Below, one piece after another: positions 1-8,625 of a stretch of DNA of 64,000 nt. Numbering within the stretch: position 1 is the stretch's first letter; every line of letters begins with the position of its first letter. The position numbers were made by a program, and so were the translations under genes. Origin of the DNA: a virus (Duplodnaviria > Heunggongvirae > Uroviricota > Caudoviricetes); the IMG/VR virus record IMGVR_UViG_3300023371_001771, positions 1-64,000 of that record. One strand, given 5' to 3'. The notes below the pieces were generated by a model. The model was not told the origin of the DNA, ran no database searches, and worked only from the letters and a program-made list of their open reading frames with translations.

Positions 1-466
1 ACCTTCGATATATACTTTACTTCCATATGGAATTACCGTTGGGTCCACCGCAATAGTGCGTCCAGCTGTTACTTGTGTGCCTGTTGCGGTAATACCATCA
101 CCTGTGCCGCAAATATGAGATCGTAGTTCGCAACAGTAGTGAGTCAGCTTAAACTCTCCAATATAAACTAATTCATATTCAATATATTTTAGCGCTAAAA
201 TCGTCTCATTTGCTTCGCCTAAGGATTTGGTCGCGGAGTCCAATTCGGCGGCTAATTTCTCTGATTTTGTATACTCTAACTGTAAGTTTTCGGTAACAGA
301 AGCGAGCTCTTCCTGTGTCGCTTGCAATAAAGTGCTCTGTTCGTTCAGCTTATTGGTCGTATCTGCCAGCTCACTTCTTGATGAAGCGCACCAAGCGAAC
401 ACAGAAAGTACAGCTACAGCTGCAGTAACTCCAATTATACTAAATATTGTGTCTTTAACCATCATG
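1..466 (-). CDS. 3D-domain (MltA/YocH-like) cell-wall-binding protein, partial (3' end beyond window start)
   Basis: Minus-strand ORF starting ATGATG at 466 with an N-terminal TM segment and coiled coil. Its C-terminal region (LTHYCCEL...GTGDGITATGTQVTAGRTIAVDPTVIPYGSKVYIEG) matches the 3D domain. It overlaps the desulfurase stop by 12 nt. Confidence 0.55.
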
Positions 467-1588
467 TCTAATCCTTTCAACCAATTTTGTTATAATGTCT
501 GCTGCGGTGTCAATTTCTTGCTCTGTGTTTTCGCGTCCAAGAGTAATACGAACGCTACTCAGTGCTTCTTTGTTTGACAAACCAATTGCCTTGAGCACAT
601 GAGATGGCGTTGGCTCATACGATTGGCATGCGGATCCTTTGCCGATATATAAATCATATAGCCCACACAGCGTTACCAATCTTTCAGCGTCAACTCCATC
701 AATAGTAAGATTAATGTTATTCGCAAGCCTGCTTGATCCAACTGAGACCCCATTTAAAGTTGTACCTGAAATTTGCAGTAGTTTGTTTAATAGTTTGTCA
801 CGCAAACTTGTAATGCGATCCTGTACGCCAAACATATTATGGTTGCGAGTAATACTTAGCGCCTCGCCCATTCCTGCAATAGCTGCTGTGTCATATGTTC
901 CTCCGCGCAGTTCATTTTCCTGTGATCCATAAATAATTGGTGTCAGTTCAATTCCATTTTTAACGTATAAAAATCCTGCACCACGAGGTCCACAAAACTT
1001 TTGAGCAGATACGGATACCATGTCAACACCAAGTTCTTTTACGTCAATACGCTGCTCTGGGTACAACTGAGTTGCGTCTGTGTGTAAAATGCAATTACAA
1101 TCATGCACAGTTTGCGCAATAGCTTTAAGATCTTGTATTGTGCCAATTTCTCCGTTTGCCGCACCGATAGATACTAGAGATTTATGAGCTGGAAACTTAG
1201 TGAGGCTGCGAGAGTATTTTAGAAATGTTGGTCGAAGTTTTACATAACCTTGCTCATCATTTTCTATAAACATTGCGCGTGGCATTTTATAAATAGATGC
1301 ATGTTCCATACGCGTAGTCCACCAACGAGCACCATTATGTGCTTTGAGATAGCCCTGAATTGCCATACTATTGGATTCGCATGCGCCGCTTGTGAAGATA
1401 ATTTCTGTTGGGTCTGCGTTAATATCTTCTGCAACTTGCACTCTCACACCTTCAATAATTTTCCTAGCGCTATCACCAATTGCATATGGACTTGACGGGT
1501 TGCCCCAACATGTTTTCATAACATGAGCCATAGTAGCAATAACTGACTCATATGGTTTTGTAGTCGCTGCATTGTCAAGATAAATCAA
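455..1588 (-). CDS. cysteine desulfurase, class V aminotransferase (IscS/NifS family)
   Basis: Carries YLDNAATT, SGACESN, HTDATQ and SAQKFCGPRGAGFLY (PLP-lysine region) motifs. A sigma70-like promoter and the conserved leader motif lie upstream. Confidence 0.85.
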   Translation of the reverse strand: MIYLDNAATTKPYESVIATMAHVMKTCWGNPSSPYAIGDSARKIIEGVRVQVAEDINADPTEIIFTSGACESNSMAIQGYLKAHNGARWWTTRMEHASIYKMPRAMFIENDEQGYVKLRPTFLKYSRSLTKFPAHKSLVSIGAANGEIGTIQDLKAIAQTVHDCNCILHTDATQLYPEQRIDVKELGVDMVSVSAQKFCGPRGAGFLYVKNGIELTPIIYGSQENELRGGTYDTAAIAGMGEALSITRNHNMFGVQDRITSLRDKLLNKLLQISGTTLNGVSVGSSRLANNINLTIDGVDAERLVTLCGLYDLYIGKGSACQSYEPTPSHVLKAIGLSNKEALSSVRITLGRENTEQEIDTAADIITKLVERIRHDG

Positions 1589-1603
1589 ACATATTTCCCC
1601 TTT

Positions 1604-1622
1604 CCATTAATTTTGTACTGTT
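1604..1622 (-). promoter_or_regulatory. conserved leader/promoter motif copy (AACAGTACAAAATTAATGG in gene sense)
   Basis: Directly downstream of the sigma70-like promoter 1623-1660 and upstream of the desulfurase gene. Confidence 0.6.
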
Positions 1623-1660
1623 ATTATACCATATATTTGCATTTTGTCAACATAAAAAAA
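1623..1660 (-). promoter_or_regulatory. sigma70-like promoter (TTGACA-N17-TGgTATAAT)
   Basis: Read on the minus strand: ttgacaaaatgcaaatatatggtataat. Confidence 0.6.
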
Positions 1661-1676
1661 TAAAAGGGTGGGAGGA

Positions 1677-2669
1677 TTACTCCTCTCCACCCATTGGAAT
1701 ATCAATAATTGGAAGTGCGCCAGAACCCATCATATAAGTTGGAAGGTTGCCAGTCCAGTTCTGTGCGTACTCATAAGCAACAACTTCGTTTGTGATAGCT
1801 TCTGCAAGAGCCTTAGTAGCTTCCGCTTCCTTTTCGCCCTTGTAAGCAATTGCATCAGCCTCAAGCTGTGCTACTTCAAAGTCGGCCTGAGCCTTAATGC
1901 GAGCGGCTTCAGCTTCTGCGTTTGCGTTAATTTCACGAATTGCAGCATCATTTTCGGCCTGAATCTTAGTGCGCTCAGCAGACTGTCGAGTACGCTCTGT
2001 TTCCATCTGCTGCTGAGTCTTGTCACGAAGAGCTTCCTGCTCGGCCACCTGCTTTGCTTCGATTGCAGCAGTGTAAGCATCAGAGAAATCAAAGTCATCA
2101 ATTACAACAGCGACTTCAATACCATACTTAGACGCGAAAGTAGAAACCGTGGCATCAATGTTACTCTGCAGCTGAGTGCGTAGTTCAGTCATGTTTTCTG
2201 CCTCAACAAGACCAAATTCTGCCTTGATTGCGTTGTTAACCTGCGGCTTAATTAGAATGTTGAAATAATCAATACCAACAGTCTTGTAGATATTAGGCGC
2301 GGAAGATGAAAGCAGATTGTACTTTACAGTGTAAGTGTAAACAACTTCCTGTAGGTCAGAAGAAAAGCACACGTTTCGTTCAGTAAAAATCTGTTCCTTG
2401 TTCGTCATAGTCGTGATATTCTGCCATGGCGCGTGAATGTTCATGCCTTCTGGTAGGTTTCTATCTTCTACGCGACCAAAGGTGGTAAGAATACCAGTAT
2501 GACCAGTAGGCACCGTAGAGATACAAGAACTACCAATAATAACCACCGCAAGAATTACTGCGATTACGCTTGCAATACCACCGATGCGGCTACATTCGAG
2601 CTTGGATGCAACAATGGGGATTACAATTGCGGCGATTAGAAGTAGGATACCGATTACGACACTAAACAT
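1677..2669 (-). CDS. SPFH/band-7 (stomatin/prohibitin/HflK-like) membrane protein
   Basis: N-terminal TM helix, SPFH-like core and a long Ala/Glu/Gln-rich coiled-coil C-terminus. Confidence 0.6.
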   Translation of the reverse strand: MFSVVIGILLLIAAIVIPIVASKLECSRIGGIASVIAVILAVVIIGSSCISTVPTGHTGILTTFGRVEDRNLPEGMNIHAPWQNITTMTNKEQIFTERNVCFSSDLQEVVYTYTVKYNLLSSSAPNIYKTVGIDYFNILIKPQVNNAIKAEFGLVEAENMTELRTQLQSNIDATVSTFASKYGIEVAVVIDDFDFSDAYTAAIEAKQVAEQEALRDKTQQQMETERTRQSAERTKIQAENDAAIREINANAEAEAARIKAQADFEVAQLEADAIAYKGEKEAEATKALAEAITNEVVAYEYAQNWTGNLPTYMMGSGALPIIDIPMGGEE

Positions 2670-2825
2670 AAGGACACCCTTTCTTTTTGTGTTTTATTTT
2701 AAGGCTTGTGCAGTGGCGTCCCACCGTATTAACCTGGGTTGAAAAAACCAATACTCTAAATGTTTCCATCCGTTATTGGTGAAAGTTATACCCCTTTTTC
2801 ACGCACAATTTAATAATACCTTACC

Positions 2826-2899
2826 TGGAGCATCGTACCAGATTCGGACTGGCACTCCAACCTTGGAAGGGTTGTGTGCTACCATTACACCAACGATGC
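2826..2899 (-). tRNA. tRNA-Gly (anticodon UCC)
   Basis: Cloverleaf read on the minus strand: acceptor gcatcgt/acgatgc, anticodon arm caacc-cttccaa-ggttg, CCA encoded. Confidence 0.8.
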
Positions 2900-2960
2900 A
2901 TATTTGCATAAGCTCTAGTTTAAACACCTACACGACGTGAACATACTTATGCTGGTAGGC

Positions 2961-3096
2961 TTGTCCCTCTGGGACTCGAACCCAGACTATGCCTTGCTAG
3001 GGCCTACGGCTTATTGGTGACAGATTGTAGATTTGCACTACAATATCCTAAATGAATCTGCCAAGGCCGTGGCTCTCACCATTGAGCTAAGGGACA
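2961..3096 (-). tRNA. tRNA-like gene interrupted by a ~60-nt insertion in the anticodon region (possible intron; anticodon perhaps UGG/Pro)
   Basis: The 5' half (acceptor tgtccct, U8, D arm gctc-aatggtga-gagc, anticodon 5' stem acggc) lies at 3096-3066. The 3' half (gccgt, T arm ctggg-ttcgagt-cccag, acceptor agggaca) lies at about 3010-2961. They are separated by an insert containing a perfect hairpin, attgtag-tgcaaat-ctacaat. Confidence 0.5.
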
Positions 3097-3630
3097 TTAT
3101 AAAGCGGTTTTTCTTTCGGACATCTCCTATTGAGGTATGGATTACCGAAAACCACTAAGGTAGGCACATGTGCGTCACTTTCCTCAACAAGCTAAAACAC
3201 TTTAAAAGCCTTGGTGGGCAAGGTTGGTGCCGCCCCAACTACTCCCGAAGGAAACGGGTTTACAGCCCGTCGCGTTTGCTGATTCGCTACTTGCCCAAGG
3301 TGTCACGCCATTTTGAGACTAACGTGCTGTCTTGGCTTTTTGTTGTCGTTGTTTCACAGGTGCCATAACCAACGCCTTTCTCATGTTGCCACATATTAAG
3401 CCTGTGTTATTGAGAAATAGTAAGAGTCAATACCAGCTTGGTGCACGTGGAGGGCCACGATCCCTCAATCCCTTACGGGCACTGGTTTTTGAGACCAGCT
3501 TGTATGCCAATTCCAACACACGTGCGCATGCCCAACACTTGTCCATGCACCCACGAAAATTCGCACGTCAGCTGTTGGCACTGAACAGAAACCATTTGAG
3601 CTCAGAGGCCGTTTACTGTCATATTACCTC

Positions 3631-3660
3631 TCTGGTGCTGGATACCAGACTTGAACTGGT
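3631..3660 (-). ncRNA. tRNA-like 3' terminal element (T-arm plus acceptor plus CCA) without a recognisable 5' half
   Basis: The minus strand reads ccag-ttcaagt-ctgg tatccagc a cca. The only upstream acceptor partner is about 130 nt away. It sits inside the 1.3-kb ORF-free stretch. Confidence 0.25.
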
Positions 3661-4418
3661 ACGGTATATTTCAACCAGCGGATTTTTTGTGATAGGCATG
3701 AGTGATGACCTCACTACTGCTCTGGCAACCCACCAAGTCCGCTGTGTCTGCCGATTCCACCAATCCAGCATATCGGGCAGTTTTACATCTTGCCCAGGAT
3801 GCCGATTAAAACTTCGGACCATCCTCCAAGTTGGAATAAGCAAATACAATCATAAGCAATTTCCTCCTTTGGATTATTTACTGCTGCTAACTAGAACGTC
3901 GAAACATAACTCCAATTACGAATAAGGAGCGACCTTTGTCCAGCGGACGCTATGCCCGAAATCCTTACAACCTAACAGTGTGGGAGCGACCTCGGTTAAA
4001 ACTTTTTATTATATTGAGCTTGCTACTTACCAGCCACGGAGACAACCTATGGGCCTTGACCACCAACCCAAACTCTTTATCGTGGATTTGGTAAATCTTT
4101 TGTGGACTACGCATTCTTCTGCGATCTTAGCCCTCTTTACAACCTTAATAAACGACCTTTGATCAAATCAATCTTTGAAGTTTGAACGTTAAATTTTGAA
4201 CCTTGATCCTTAATCTTTACAGCAACACTTATAATATATATCATATATTTTAAATCTTTATCATGCCTAAAAGATTTACAGTATAAGATTCTTGCTTAAC
4301 GGGCAAGTCTTCTATTAATTGAAGATACTTTCTTTAACTTATTAATATCACTCTAAGTATCAAAAAGAAGAGATAAGCAGTCGTTTAAGGTTTCCGATAA
4401 GTAGCAAGCAAGTTTGCC

Positions 4419-5072
4419 TTAGTACTCGAACTCGATAACAGTTACAGCGTTGGAAACACTGAGAGCTGCATCAACTTCAGTTTCAAACTCATTAATCTCG
4501 TCCATGAGATTTTCCATAAGGTTAGTGACGCCAAGCGGGTCAATTAGGTCATAAGTATTGTTCGTAATGTAATCCTTGCGAAGAGCCTTCATTGCATCAC
4601 TATCGATAGCCATCTTAGAATCCTTAGGCTGAGCCTGGATTACAGACAGCACATACTGTTCAGCTCGCTTTTCAATGGCTTCGCCACTATTACGATCAAG
4701 CTCAACATATGCTGCGCGATAGTTGTCTACAATGCGCTGACGAAGAATCTTCTTGTATTCCATGCCGTGATTCTTCTCTTCGATAGCCTCAGCGACCGTC
4801 ATTTCCTTTTCGCCAACTACAACCTTGGTGGTTGCATTGGAAATCACAACAGCTCGCTTCATTGCGTCACGACGCGCAATTAGAGACTGAACCTTCTGGT
4901 AAGCACTCTTGATGTTTTCCTTGAACTCGGCCACGGTAACTCCGTTAACCTTTTCTGCTGAGTGCTTAACTGCCATCGCGTAAGGATGTGCGTTAATTGC
5001 CTTTAGGATGCGATCATCCATAGTCTTGAGTTCTGCAAGTGCCTTGTGAACCGTCATCTTTTCCTGAGTCAT
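4419..5072 (-). CDS. hypothetical protein
   Basis: ORF trimmed to the ATG (MTQEKM) preceded by AGGGGG. Sigma70-like promoter and leader motif lie upstream. Confidence 0.55.
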   Translation of the reverse strand: MTQEKMTVHKALAELKTMDDRILKAINAHPYAMAVKHSAEKVNGVTVAEFKENIKSAYQKVQSLIARRDAMKRAVVISNATTKVVVGEKEMTVAEAIEEKNHGMEYKKILRQRIVDNYRAAYVELDRNSGEAIEKRAEQYVLSVIQAQPKDSKMAIDSDAMKALRKDYITNNTYDLIDPLGVTNLMENLMDEINEFETEVDAALSVSNAVTVIEFEY

Positions 5073-5100
5073 TTTCTTGTACCCCCTAATAAGCTTTGAA

Positions 5101-5119
5101 TCATTAATTTTGTACTGTT
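5101..5119 (-). promoter_or_regulatory. conserved leader motif copy
   Basis: cagtacaaaattaatga on the minus strand, between promoter 5137-5165 and the RBS. Confidence 0.55.
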
Positions 5120-5136
5120 TCCCTTGAACTGGAATT

Positions 5137-5165
5137 AGTATATCACACATTCCATATTCTGTCAA
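5137..5165 (-). promoter_or_regulatory. sigma70-like promoter (TTGACA-N17-TATACT)
   Basis: Minus strand: ttgacagaatatggaatgtgtgatatact. Confidence 0.55.
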
Positions 5166-5189
5166 TAGAGTTTTTAAATCTTAACAAAA

Positions 5190-5266
5190 TGGCGTCCCAG
5201 GAGAGATTCGAACTCCCGACACACGGCTTAGAAGGCCGTTGCTCTATCCTACTGAGCTACTGGGAC
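5190..5266 (-). tRNA. tRNA-Arg (anticodon UCU)
   Basis: Acceptor gtcccag/ctgggac, anticodon arm acggc-cttctaa-gccgt, T loop ttcgaat, CCA encoded. Confidence 0.8.
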
Positions 5267-5515
5267 ATAATATGGTAGGGTATCTCCAACCTACCGCGAA
5301 CTACTAACAACATCACTTGCGTTTATTCTTTAGCAAGCATCCAATCAAGGCTGTGATGAACCCTGCTTGCCGCCGAAGACTAACTTGAATTATAAAGCCT
5401 AATAGTTTGTGGACTTGAACCACACAGCGCTCTTCCACTGGCCATCCTGCAACGTACCATATAACTTTTCGAGCAGTTTCTTCTCAACTGGTTTAACGTG
5501 CGAAGTCAGCACGGC

Positions 5516-5591
5516 TGGTGGAGATGATGGGACTCAAACCCACGACTTTTACCTTGCAAGGGTAACACTCTATCAACTGAGTTACATCCCC
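5516..5591 (-). tRNA. tRNA-Ala (anticodon UGC)
   Basis: Acceptor ggggatg with the G3:U70 Ala identity pair, anticodon arm ttacc-cttgcaa-ggtaa, CCA encoded. Confidence 0.85.
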
Positions 5592-6007
5592 ATAAAATGT
5601 GTATACCAGTTTTGATTGGGACGAAGACTGGAAACTTCTTTTCTCTCGACTCGCTCCGTAGAGTCGGCTTAACCGACGTACTATTCTGTCTCGCATACAC
5701 TTTCTGAGACTTGTGAAGAGAGCATTCACAATAGCGACCTAAGCCTTTTTGCCGTTAGAAAGCATTATCTTGTCGCCTGGATAGGTGGACTTTTGGAACG
5801 TGCACCACCATACACTCCGTCCTATATCTAACTGGACATTTCGCTTTTCTTTCAGATAAAAATCTTAGCTGCTTTGTGGTTTTGCGATAACCCATAGTGT
5901 TCTCCATCAAGTACCGCATGGCAGCACGGGATTGACTTCACAGAACGAGCCTAATCTCAAGTATTAGGCAAAACACGTGTATGATATTCTAAGTGTCATA
6001 CCCGCTG

Positions 6008-6098
6008 TGGCGGAGATGGTGAGCTTTGAACTCACGCGCCAATTTCTTGACCTAATCGGTTAGCAACCGATCCCCTTCAACCGCTTGGGTACATCTCC
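6008..6098 (-). tRNA. tRNA-Ser (anticodon GCU), class II
   Basis: Long variable arm, anticodon arm atcgg-ttgctaa-ccgat, acceptor ggagatg/catctcc, CCA encoded. Confidence 0.8.
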
Positions 6099-6101
6099 AT
6101 G

Positions 6102-6192
6102 TGGCGACTGGTTTCGGACTTGAACCGAAACACCCTTTCGGGTTACTGGCAGATTTCGAATCTGCTGCCTTACCAATTAGGCTTAACCAGCC
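6102..6192 (-). tRNA. tRNA-Ser (anticodon CGA), class II
   Basis: Long variable arm, anticodon arm gcaga-ttcgaaa-tctgc, T arm ttcgg-ttcaagt-ccgaa, CCA encoded. Confidence 0.75.
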
Positions 6193-6202
6193 GCATGATT
6201 GA

Positions 6203-6325
6203 TTACTTCTGCTCCAGCTGTCTAATCTGACGCTTTAGCTTATTAATGATGTTTGCGTTGCCAACAGGATCTCTCTGCTGTAGAAGGTTAATACGTGCCT
6301 GAAGTCGTTCAACAGTCTTAGTCAT
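6203..6325 (-). CDS. small hypothetical protein (40 aa) inside the tRNA cluster
   Basis: ATG preceded by aatGGAGGtataaaatc, and a variant leader motif (ttaattaataatggagg) lies upstream. Predicted coiled-coil peptide MTKTVERLQARINLLQQRD... Confidence 0.35.
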   Translation of the reverse strand: MTKTVERLQARINLLQQRDPVGNANIINKLKRQIRQLEQK

Positions 6326-6434
6326 GATTTTATACCTCCATTATTAATTAAATATGGTAGCAGTGTTTTTAGTCCATATTAAACTAGGCACCCACCTCTG
6401 TGGATCCCGCCAGGATTGAACTGACATCTCTGCT

Positions 6435-6510
6435 TGGAGCCGAGTATCGGACTTGAACCGATAGCCTGCTGATTACAAATCAGCTGCTCTGCCAATTGAG
6501 CTAACTCGGC
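6435..6510 (-). tRNA. tRNA-Thr (anticodon UGU)
   Basis: Acceptor gccgagt/actcggc, anticodon arm gctga-tttgtaa-tcagc, CCA encoded. Confidence 0.8.
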
Positions 6511-6811
6511 ATAAAATAGTCTAAGACTCTTCCGTCCTGTCAAGGATAGGTCATCGCTTGTTTCTAGCCAAACCAAGAATCAATTAACTCGAAAACGCTT
6601 TTACATTCTTAGACTATATGGCTGGGAACCAGGGTAACGCTCCCCGTCTTCATGGGTCAAAGCCATGCGTACCAACTTTTATACGAGTTCCCATCATTGA
6701 CCCAACTTTCTGCTCCTTGTATGCTTGCATCAGAGGCCAGGACGCTCTCTCCGTATTGGGTCGGAGTACGTATATTTCACTACTCACGTGTCTGTTCGCG
6801 AAACAGCATGT

Positions 6812-6886
6812 TGGCGGTCACGGTGTGACTCGAACACACAACCTAGCGGTTAACAGCCGCTTGCTCCACCATTGAGCTACGTGACC
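6812..6886 (-). tRNA. tRNA-Asn (anticodon GUU)
   Basis: Acceptor ggtcacg/cgtgacc, anticodon arm agcgg-ctgttaa-ccgct, CCA encoded. Confidence 0.8.
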
Positions 6887-7057
6887 ATATGGTGTCTCTA
6901 CAGGCGGGGCCAGTGCAGCGACCCTATATGAGGGCTTTCCACGAACTACTTTTGCAACATTTTGTATGTCTGTTAATCTTACTGCCGTCAGCTAATTGGC
7001 AGTCGTTGCTATCCTTGTTCCGTACTAACACCTATACATTGCACTACCTGTAGAGAG

Positions 7058-7133
7058 TGGTGGGTGATTGGAGAATCGAACTCCAGACGCCATGATTAAA
7101 AGTCATGTGCTCTACCAACTGAGCTAATCACCC
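7058..7133 (-). tRNA. tRNA-Lys (anticodon UUU)
   Basis: Acceptor gggtgat/atcaccc, anticodon arm catga-cttttaa-tcatg, CCA encoded. Confidence 0.8.
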
Positions 7134-7148
7134 ATATCGTGCGCCAGT

Positions 7149-7223
7149 TTATAGTCTTGGCGCAGGACTTCCCTTAACGGGTGGACTATCCAGATCATTG
7201 CCGATTTCACGAATTCTCTTCAT
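7149..7223 (-). CDS. tiny ORF (24 aa) between promoter and tRNA cluster
   Basis: ATG preceded by GGGAGG at the end of the leader motif. MKRIREIGNDLDSPPVKGSPAPRL. May be only a leader peptide. Confidence 0.2.
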   Translation of the reverse strand: MKRIREIGNDLDSPPVKGSPAPRL

Positions 7224-7235
7224 ATGAATCATCCT

Positions 7236-7255
7236 CCCATTAATTTTGTACTGTC
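7236..7255 (-). promoter_or_regulatory. conserved leader motif copy (drives tiny ORF plus tRNA cluster)
   Basis: gacagtacaaaattaatggg on the minus strand. A sigma70-like promoter lies at 7278-7306. Confidence 0.55.
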
Positions 7256-7277
7256 TTGCTTCGTTTGAAGTGTATTT

Positions 7278-7306
7278 ATTATAACACATCTTCCAGCATT
7301 TGTCAA
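7278..7306 (-). promoter_or_regulatory. sigma70-like promoter (TTGACA-N17-TATAAT) for the tRNA cluster transcript
   Basis: Minus strand: ttgacaaatgctggaagatgtgttataat. Confidence 0.55.
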
Positions 7307-7330
7307 TACCTTTTTTCAAAAAACTTTATG

Positions 7331-7675
7331 TTAAGTATTTTCCTTGAACGTTTCACTTACTCGATCATTAAGTCGTTCAAGCGCCTTCTTGAACATCGCA
7401 ATCTTAGAATCAAAGCACTTGTAATACTTCTTCATAAGCTTTGCCTTAGCGATCCGCTCACCAGTTGCTTCATCATAAACATCGTCACCATGGCAGTGAG
7501 TTTCTACCCTAAAAGTATCTGGCATCATGTACTTATCATCAAACATGAAATCATCAGTTCCAAATTCGCTTGTTAGCTTTAGGATCTTATTACAAGCATC
7601 AAACTGAGTGCCGTTTAGCACAGCTACCGTCTTCTTCTGTTCTGGAACGTGATAATAATTAATTGCCATTTTCAT
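7331..7675 (-). CDS. hypothetical protein
   Basis: ORF in the co-oriented array. Promoter and leader motif lie upstream at 7691-7751. Confidence 0.5.
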   Translation of the reverse strand: MKMAINYYHVPEQKKTVAVLNGTQFDACNKILKLTSEFGTDDFMFDDKYMMPDTFRVETHCHGDDVYDEATGERIAKAKLMKKYYKCFDSKIAMFKKALERLNDRVSETFKENT

Positions 7676-7690
7676 TGTCTCCTTTGTTGC

Positions 7691-7708
7691 TCATTAATTT
7701 TGTTTTGT
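7691..7708 (-). promoter_or_regulatory. conserved leader motif copy (variant aacaaaacaaaattaatg)
   Basis: Between promoter 7722-7751 and gene 7331-7675. Confidence 0.5.
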
Positions 7709-7721
7709 TCAACCGTGTATA

Positions 7722-7751
7722 TATAATACCATATATTTCCATATATGTCAA
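7722..7751 (-). promoter_or_regulatory. sigma70-like promoter (TTGACA-N17-TATTAT)
   Basis: Minus strand: ttgacatatatggaaatatatggtattat. Confidence 0.5.
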
Positions 7752-8434
7752 GTGGTTTCTGAAATATTTTTTTCATTTCTTTTTTCAACCAGATAATCGT
7801 ACAGATCTTCTGCACTCGCAAGCAGCTTACCATCAACAGTACGATCACTTTCGAGCCCAGTCAACCAGCGCATAATCAGCGGATCTTCATCAATATTGAA
7901 ATACAGCTCAGGATCATAGAACTGTGGTTCAAGCTCCTCTTCTAGCGCATCAACAACTCTATCAATAATATCCATCATCATGCCGCGCTCAAAATAAACA
8001 TTAAGAATGCCCTCTAGCGCCCTTAGGTTGGTCCAATAGCTTTCCAGCGCATTTACAACTTCACAAAACGACTTCTTTGTAATCACAAACTTTTCACTGC
8101 TTTCTTCATTGGTGTAATCCTTTAATGTTTTCAGTTCGCTTAAAGAAATATTGTCCAAACGTGCAGAATACTCGTCGCAAACATTGCCTAGAATTCCATA
8201 TACCCATTTCTTGAACGGAATCTCTTTTGGATGACACTCATTTACATATGCTCTCCAACCAGTTAAAGTTGGGACAAAGTAAAATGGGCTCATATACAGA
8301 AAATACTGGTCAGTGTCTTCTTCGTAGTAGAATTTAATTGGTTCGTTTGAAACAAAATCTGTAAATGTGTAGCCGTCTTCTGGTCGTAACAGTTTGTGAA
8401 CTAGGCGTTTGCGTAGATTTTTAAATAGATTCAT
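7748..8434 (-). CDS. hypothetical protein
   Basis: ORF trimmed to ATG (MNLFKNL). A 46-aa ORF sits upstream at 8428-8568. Confidence 0.5.
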   Translation of the reverse strand: MNLFKNLRKRLVHKLLRPEDGYTFTDFVSNEPIKFYYEEDTDQYFLYMSPFYFVPTLTGWRAYVNECHPKEIPFKKWVYGILGNVCDEYSARLDNISLSELKTLKDYTNEESSEKFVITKKSFCEVVNALESYWTNLRALEGILNVYFERGMMMDIIDRVVDALEEELEPQFYDPELYFNIDEDPLIMRWLTGLESDRTVDGKLLASAEDLYDYLVEKRNEKNISETT

Positions 8435-8587
8435 TTTTCTTTTCCTCAATCATATCAATAATCTTGTACTGAGTTGGATCTGTTTCACAAATTTCAACTC
8501 TAAAGCCAACCTGGTTGAAAATCTCATTAAGCTCTTCGATACTCATATTGTTGTTCATAAATTGCATCTCCTTTATTGTTTTTATTG

Positions 8588-8616
8588 ATTATACCACATT
8601 AATCTTGTATTGTCAA
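8588..8616 (-). promoter_or_regulatory. sigma70-like promoter whose 17-nt spacer is the conserved motif (TTGACA-atacaagattaatgtgg-TATAAT)
   Basis: A class A arrangement, where the motif occupies the promoter spacer. Confidence 0.55.
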
Positions 8617-8625
8617 TAGTTGGAA

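Noticed and set aside
227-1495. Plus-strand ORFs 227-577, 639-932 and 1250-1495
   Set aside because: They are fully embedded antisense to the well-supported desulfurase and 3D-domain genes, with no RBS.
3631-3762. tmRNA
   Set aside because: Only a tRNA-like 3' end is present. The span is about 130 nt (tmRNA is about 350 nt) and no tag reading frame (ANDENYALAA-type) was found.
3332-3925. 197-aa plus-strand ORF in the ORF-free block
   Set aside because: No RBS, Pro/Arg/Leu-rich low-complexity translation, and it overlaps tRNA-like structure on the opposite strand. Likely non-coding.
5404-5450. T-arm-like gtgg-ttcaagt-ccac element
   Set aside because: No matching acceptor 5' strand or anticodon arm. 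Likely a fragment.
6395-6432. Extra tRNA 3' half (T-arm gtcag-ttcaatc-ctggc plus gggatcc) next to tRNA-Thr
   Set aside because: No 5' half within range, since tRNA-Thr ends 10 nt upstream. Probably a tRNA remnant. Not called.
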